Assembly (NCBI RefSeq): GCF_009914755.1
Contig: NC_060936.1
Strand: one strand, 5' to 3'
From: the human T2T-CHM13v2.0 reference genome, Homo sapiens
DNA: 64,000 nucleotides
Shown here: one piece after another, positions 57,076-64,000 of the stretch
Position numbering within the stretch: position 1 is the first letter of the stretch
Layout: every line of letters begins with the position of its first letter
The notes under the pieces: generated by a model
Told to the model about the DNA's origin: nothing
Database searches by the model: none
The model's input: the letters and a program-made list of their open reading frames with translations, nothing else
Translations under genes and position numbers: made by a program

Positions 57076-60047
57076 CAGGCACTGTATTGAGCATTCGATC
57101 CATGTCTTTGCATTTATAACTCCATGAGGGAGGAACTATATTAGTCTCATTTTTTTAATAGTATGGGAAACCAAGGTCACACGTTTTGTAAATGGTAGAA
57201 CAGAATGGGAGACCAGATCTGTTTGGTCCCAGTGTTTGCACTCAAACCAAAAGTCTATACTACTCTTCAAGAACAGTGAGTTTTCTTTCATTGAGTTCAC
57301 AGACTATTGAGGCACAGTGTTTAAACGTTTTATATGCTTTGTCTCATTTAATCCTCAAAGCAACTTGGTGAGCTGTTTCAAATTATTAGCCCATGCTAAG
57401 GGGATCCAAAGCTTAGCAAAGTTATGATCTCACAAGGAAACCTGGCCCTTATCTAACTCCAATGACTATTACCTTAATCTACATTATACGGCGGTGTTTC
57501 TCAGAGTGAATGTTCTTCAGGAGAAGCCTTTGGGGTACGTATTCAAATGCCAGCTCCTGGAGCCTATACTGAATCAGCTTCCTGGGGAGGGTTAGGAATG
57601 ACAGCTGTGATGCTCACTAGAGGTTGATATTTATGATCCCGTTGTCAGTTTCAGTCCTGGTGGTTTCACTGCCCTAGCATAACCCCCGCTCCTGGTGGCC
57701 ACTCAGCAAATCAAAAACAAACAAAACCTCAGCCCATCACCAGACCAGAAAAAGGTGATTATTTCTTTGCCATTCTGCCAACATTGACAGGAAAAGGTAA
57801 AGAAGTTAATACATTCAGCACCAGGTTCCTGGACAAAAATCCCTGCCATCAACAGTTTTTAAAGGCTTAAGGAAGTGAGGGAGGAGGAAAAATCAAAATT
57901 ATTTCTCGCTGAAATTAACGCCACATTTAAGTCATAGTTACAGAACTCGTTACTGACCTGAAGCAAAATCCAAAGATATTAAGATTCTGTGAGTGTAGAC
58001 GGCAAGCCTCCCTCTCCCTCCATAGCCTGCATGAAGGCAGCAGGATCCTGATGCCCTGAACACATAGAGGGCAGATGTGCTGTGTACAGCTGTGTAGGCC
58101 AAGTGGTTCAACCCCACAATGGCGACACCATCCCCATAGCCCACAATATACCGGCATGAGGAGAGGACACAGATGTGGGGCAAGGGGCCTGGTTTCTGAA
58201 CCGGTCTTAAGTATATACCTTTCCAGATGCTGTGGCTTGGATGTATATTAACCTTTCTGAACCTTTAAAATGCCATTATTTTGCAAGATGCATTACACGG
58301 GGATTTTATTGATTATCACAGTTAATAAATACTTTATATGTCCCAGGTCCTAATCTAAGTGCCTTACATCATCCAAACTTCACAATAACCCTGTAAGGTA
58401 GGTACTAGTTTTATCCTTATTTTATAGATGAGGAAATAGGCACAAAGAGGTTAAGTGACTTGTGCAAGGCCACCCAGCATATATTGTAGGGATAGGATGC
58501 AAGCACAGGTAGTCTAGGTATCTAGCTCATTTTTTTTGCCATTATATGCTATTGACTCTATTCTATGGGACCTGAAGGCAGCAGCTATAAAAATGGAACA
58601 TCTGGAATGAACTAGTTCAACTTACCCAGGGCTGGCCAGATCACACCCAGCAGAGGTGCTCAGCTCTGGGTGCTCCGCTTTAAAAGGGGTGTAGACAAAT
58701 TGTAGGCTATCTAGAGGAAGCTGGTTAGCTAGGAAGGGGGCTGGAGCCTTGTCATCAATAATAACCTCATGCTTACCAAATGCTTGACAGAAGTGCTTTA
58801 CCTGCCTAGCTTGTTTCATTTAAGCCTTTATAACATCCTTACGGGGTAAGTCCTAAAATTATTGCCATTTGATAAAGAAAGAAGCTGAGGCATGGAGCAG
58901 TTAAATGATCTGCCTCCACACAGCTAATAAGCATCAGGACCAGGATGCAAACCTTGCAGTGTGAATCCAGTCTACTTTAAACCAGCGCTTCGCACAAATC
59001 GCCAAGGGGTTCTGTTAGAACGCAGACTCTGGTTCAGTAGGTCCGGGGTGGGGCCGAGCCTCTGCACTTCTTACAGGTCCTGGGTGACGCTGCAGAACCA
59101 CGGACCACACTGAGTAGTGAGACTTCCAGCCACTCTGCTTGACTACCCACAATATGAGCGCTGATGGGAGGAACCAAGAGTTTTTGCCTCAAGGCAGCTC
59201 AGTAGGGTGGAGTTGAAGAACGTCATGGCTGTCCTGAAATATTTAAAGGGCCTCCATGTAGAAAGCAAATCAGACTTGACTTATAGAACCCCCGGGGACA
59301 GAATGACATGGATGTATCTTTCTTTCCAGCCCTGACCTTTCCCTTGAGCTTCAGACTTCTATATCTAACTGCCTGCAGGACTAAGCCACTTGGCGTGTCC
59401 ATCAGTAGCACAAACTCCACATGTGCAGAAGCACCCATTGCCTTTCCCCCTACTTTCCATTTCACAGGAACTGGAACCACCCTAGATCACACTCGGTCAT
59501 CCCTACATCCAATCAGTCATGAAGACCTGTCTGCTTGACCTCCTATTTCTGGGCACATTTTCTTTCTTTGCCTCTCTTGTGTTAGTTCAATGTTTTAGCA
59601 TTTTTTAACCTGGATTACTATTATGATTTTCATACCAGACTGCAATCTCATCTCTGTCTCCGCACTTTGGTGGCCAAAATGATCTTTCTGAGGACCACAG
59701 CATCACAGAGCTCCTTGGTTCCATACCCAGTCATGGCTTTCACTGTCTTCAGGGTAAAACCCATGCTCCTTAGAATGACCACTCCGCCCTAGAGCTTGGT
59801 CACTGTGGGTTTTCCTATACTCATTTCCTTTCCATCTTGCACACTAAGCTCAGTAATATCCAAGCATTTAGCATTTTCCGCAACACCTTCCTCAGTTTCC
59901 TACCTCTGGGCCTCAGCCAGGCTGGGCCATCTGCTGGGAAGATGTTTGCCTGCCTTTCTCACCCACAACTCACGGAGGGCTTTCTCCTCTAGGAAGCCCT
60001 TACTGCCCCTCCTCTGGGTTCCCAAGGATGTACATTTTAACATTTAG

Positions 60048-60360
<313 letters not shown>

Positions 60361-60399
60361 TAAAGTTGCTGATTTAAAAAGAAGCTTAGGCTTATCTCT

Positions 60400-61350
60400 G
60401 ACTCCCCTTTCATTTTCACATGCACATCTAATCCAACATGTCCTGCTGGTTCTGCCTTTAAAATATATCCAGAATCCAACCACTTCTCACCCATTTTCTG
60501 CCTGGACAACAACTGGAGGTCTCCCTACGCACTGTGTTCCCCACCCTCCTTCTGTTCTCACGCAGCAGCCAGTGTGATGCTTTGAAAACATCAATCAACT
60601 TCTGTCACCCCAGTGAGCAAAACCCTCCAGTGGTTCCCCATCACGCTTGGAATAAAATCTAAAGTTCTTAACATGGCCCTCTAGGTCTGTATGATTGACT
60701 TTTTCATTCTTCCCTGACTTCATTTTCCTTCCTTTCTCACCCGTTTCTACCATTCTCCAGCCATCATGGCCTTCACACTCTTTCTCGGATTTGCCAGCTT
60801 CTGGACTCCATCCTTGATGCCCCTCTATCCGAAATGTTCTTTTCCCCAGATATTCACAAAGTGCCCTCTCTTACTCAGTCAGATCTCTACTTAAAGTTAC
60901 CTCCCCAGGGTGGCATTCCCTGACCACACATGTTAAAATCATGCTCTCAATCCTCTTGCTGTAGCCAGATGCCATGAGGCATGGCTGTAGTCCCAACTGC
61001 TCAGGAGGCTGAAGCAGGAGGATTGCTTGATCCCAGGAATTCAAAGCTGTAGTGTGCGATGATCCTGCTTGTGAATAGCCACTGCACTTTAGCCTGGGCA
61101 ACATAATGAGACTAATCTCTAAAAAAAAAAAAAAAAAATTAAAAAGCAAAAAAATTAAATCATCTCACCTTGATTTATTTTCTTCATAGTAGTTACTACA
61201 ATGTCTTTAAATTTATATAGTTTTTAAAATATTGTGTATCTTCCCTTTTGGAATCTAAGCTCCTTGGGCATAAGCACTTGATCTATCTTGTTCTCAGTTG
61301 TACCCAGGGCCTAGAACAATGGCTCATAGTAGGCACTCGATGAAGACTTC
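60400..61350 (-). mobile_element. L2 remnant
   Basis: aaatatatccagaatcc...cacttctc; cctagaacaatggctcatagtaggcactc. Confidence 0.7.
60964..61155 (+). mobile_element. FAM (fossil Alu monomer, 7SL-derived)
   Basis: Single monomer with diagnostic gtgaatagccactgcac, poly-A. Confidence 0.8.
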
Positions 61351-63096
61351 ATGAATCTTTCATGAGCAAGACCAGTGAGTAGAAGCTCCAGGGAGACACT
61401 TTTCAGTTCATTAGGAGGAAAGACTTTCTGTCAGCGAAGCCTGAAGATGGAAAGAACTGGCTCTGGATGGGATAAATCCCCTGTCATGGAGAGGTTTAAT
61501 TCACAGAAAAGCTGGACAACAACAATCTCATGGGTGCGCATATGGATTTAGAGCAGCTGGGGGCTGGGCGAGATGGGCTATGGTTCCCCTTAAGGCTTCA
61601 GCTGTATTCAGTTTCATGTACCTGCCTGTGATCCTCAGGAATCCCTGGTGGGAAGCCTTGAGCTTGGCTGTAGGAGGCTGGATGCCAAAAAAAAGTCACA
61701 GTTAAGAGTTTTTCAATACAAAATGTAGTTTTTCAGTTTTTCAAGGAAATAGTTGATCATTCAAAAAAATTCAGAAAAGAGAAGGAAAAAACGCACGCAT
61801 GCACACACACCCACAATCCTATCACTCACTGTTAATATTTTGGGACATATTATTCCTGTCTTTTTAATGGATTTTTTCCCATTTTATATTGTCATATTAT
61901 AGTTGTATATTAATTATCTATCACTGCATAACAAATCACACCAAAACTTGGTGCCTTAAAGTGGCAATATACACATCTCTTATCTGTGGGTCATCAATTC
62001 AGAAGCAGCCAAGTGGGACTCCTGGCTCCAGCTAGTTTCTGTAGCTGTGGTCAGGCTGGGGCTGGGGCCAGCTCTGGCCTCCTCTCAGAGGCTTCTGCAT
62101 TCACAAGTCTGGTGCCTGGGTTTGGGTATTCCTAGGGCATCTTTCTCTCTCTCTGTAGTCTGGCCATGTGATCTTTCAGCATGGGCTTCAAGGGGGACAT
62201 GATGGGCTCTACATGGTGGCTCAGGACTCCAAAGCTATCTTAAGATAAAGAGCCAGGCAGGAATCTTTTATGAACTCATCTTGGAAGTCAGTAGCAAGGG
62301 TGGGAGACAGTCCTTTACTTGAACCCACTTCACTGACTTTACTGCTGTTAATTTCACTTAGCTTAACACATATGAATTGAGTGACCACTAAGGGCAGGGT
62401 ACCATGCCATGTGCTGGAGATTTAAAGATGAATAAGACATGCTTCCTCCCTTCAATTTGTTTTTAATTTGGGGGATGCACCCAAAGCCATTGTTTCCTTT
62501 AGGTTGCACACTGATTACTTCAGTAATTGATATAACATATATTGGGCACTTCAAACCCTAGTTCTACCACTTGCTAACAGGTTTAAATGAATTAACCCAT
62601 GTAAAACTTAGCCCAGTACCTGGCTTATGGTAAGGGCTCAATGAGTGTCAGCTTTGCTGGTTAACTGCCTGTTTGCACTCAGATCAGTCCTGGACCTTCC
62701 CTTGCTCTGCTCTGTATTTCAAGAAACTACATTCCCTGGGCTCCCTGTAACTCCCAGGAAGGGTCAGCCATTTGGAGGAAGACCAGTGGAAGACCAGAAG
62801 ACAGAATTTGGATAGAGGCAGAATATTGTCCCCCTTCTCTCTGCATCCTGTGGCATCTCCTCCATGGCTCCAGCTCAGATCCTGATGTGGTTTCAGCTCC
62901 CACAGGGCAGCCTGCTGCTGTTCCTCCAACCCTAGGAACTGTTTCCCACTACTTCTAATCTCGAAGCTGCCTTATGAGCATCAGTTTGCTTTCTCATCTC
63001 TGCTGTGTCTTGAATAACCCATTTCCTGTATTAAATTCCCCTAGATTGAAAGACCTAAAGTGGTTCATATTTCCTGGTTGAAAGAGTTAGCTTCAG

Positions 63097-63379
<283 letters not shown>

Positions 63380-64000
63380 CTAATATTAGTATTAGTATCT
63401 CATTTAACTGTATAACAGCTCTATCAGGTGGGTGCCTTTATTATTGTCCTTTTATAGATGGGGAAACTGAGGCAAAGGAAGATTAAGTAACTTGTCTCAA
63501 ATCGCATAGTAAGTGGTGGAGGCAGAATATGAACCCAAATCTGTCTTCAGTCCAGTTCCTGATGTGCACAATCAGGTAAAGTCGCTATCTACCTACTAGC
63601 TGAGCTTTTAGAAGCCTCTTTTTACTCTTTAAGGCACTACCAAAGTTGGGGAAGTTTGCCTCTTGATATCCAGCAGTTCTTTCTTTCTGGGAGTCTCTCC
63701 ACGCCAGTTTCTCATAAAGCTCTTGTGAAAACGCATGAATGAATAAAATATATGTGGTTTATTTCTGCATTGCTCTGTTTTAGTGATTTATTGATAATTT
63801 AGAAGGCTTTACTGTCTAATGTATGGGCAGATCATAGGTAGTTGATTAAGAGCGAGACTAGTGGTCATGTCTATAAAACACTGAGCATGGGCCCTGGGAA
63901 GAAAGAAATGTAACCTCACATGATAAAATTGTTTCGCTGGTGTAGCTAAAGTCAATTGCTGATATCTTTTTCTAAAAAGCCATCCATAATAGTCCAAGGA

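Noticed and set aside
60964-61155. Possible 7SL RNA gene
   Set aside because: Lacks the S domain, is diverged and has a poly-A tail; fits a FAM retrocopy.

Overview
Primate (very probably human) repeat-rich non-genic or intronic DNA. I see no host protein-coding exon, RNA gene, CpG island or CRISPR array, and nearly all predicted ORFs come from Alu, L1 or LTR sequence. The main elements are (1) a 5'-truncated, dead L1PA (13.8-18.8 kb) and (2) an ERV9/LTR12 provirus (37344-45705, TSD GGGA, Arg PBS). The provirus sits inside a MER63 transposon, has an L1PA inserted in gag, lacks almost all of pol, and keeps an env with only three internal lesions (292-codon SU ORF plus a fully open TM frame). 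The most unusual signals are several locally templated copies: a 211-bp tandem duplication, a 109-bp fold-back, a 145-bp inverted copy between Alus, a 44-bp copy inside MER5A, and a 25-bp ORF2 tag at the L1 5' junction. The two L1PA copies also share apparently non-consensus bases, which suggests gene conversion. Subfamily names come from remembered consensus sequences and need RepeatMasker/Dfam confirmation. I found no convincing new multi-gene system.
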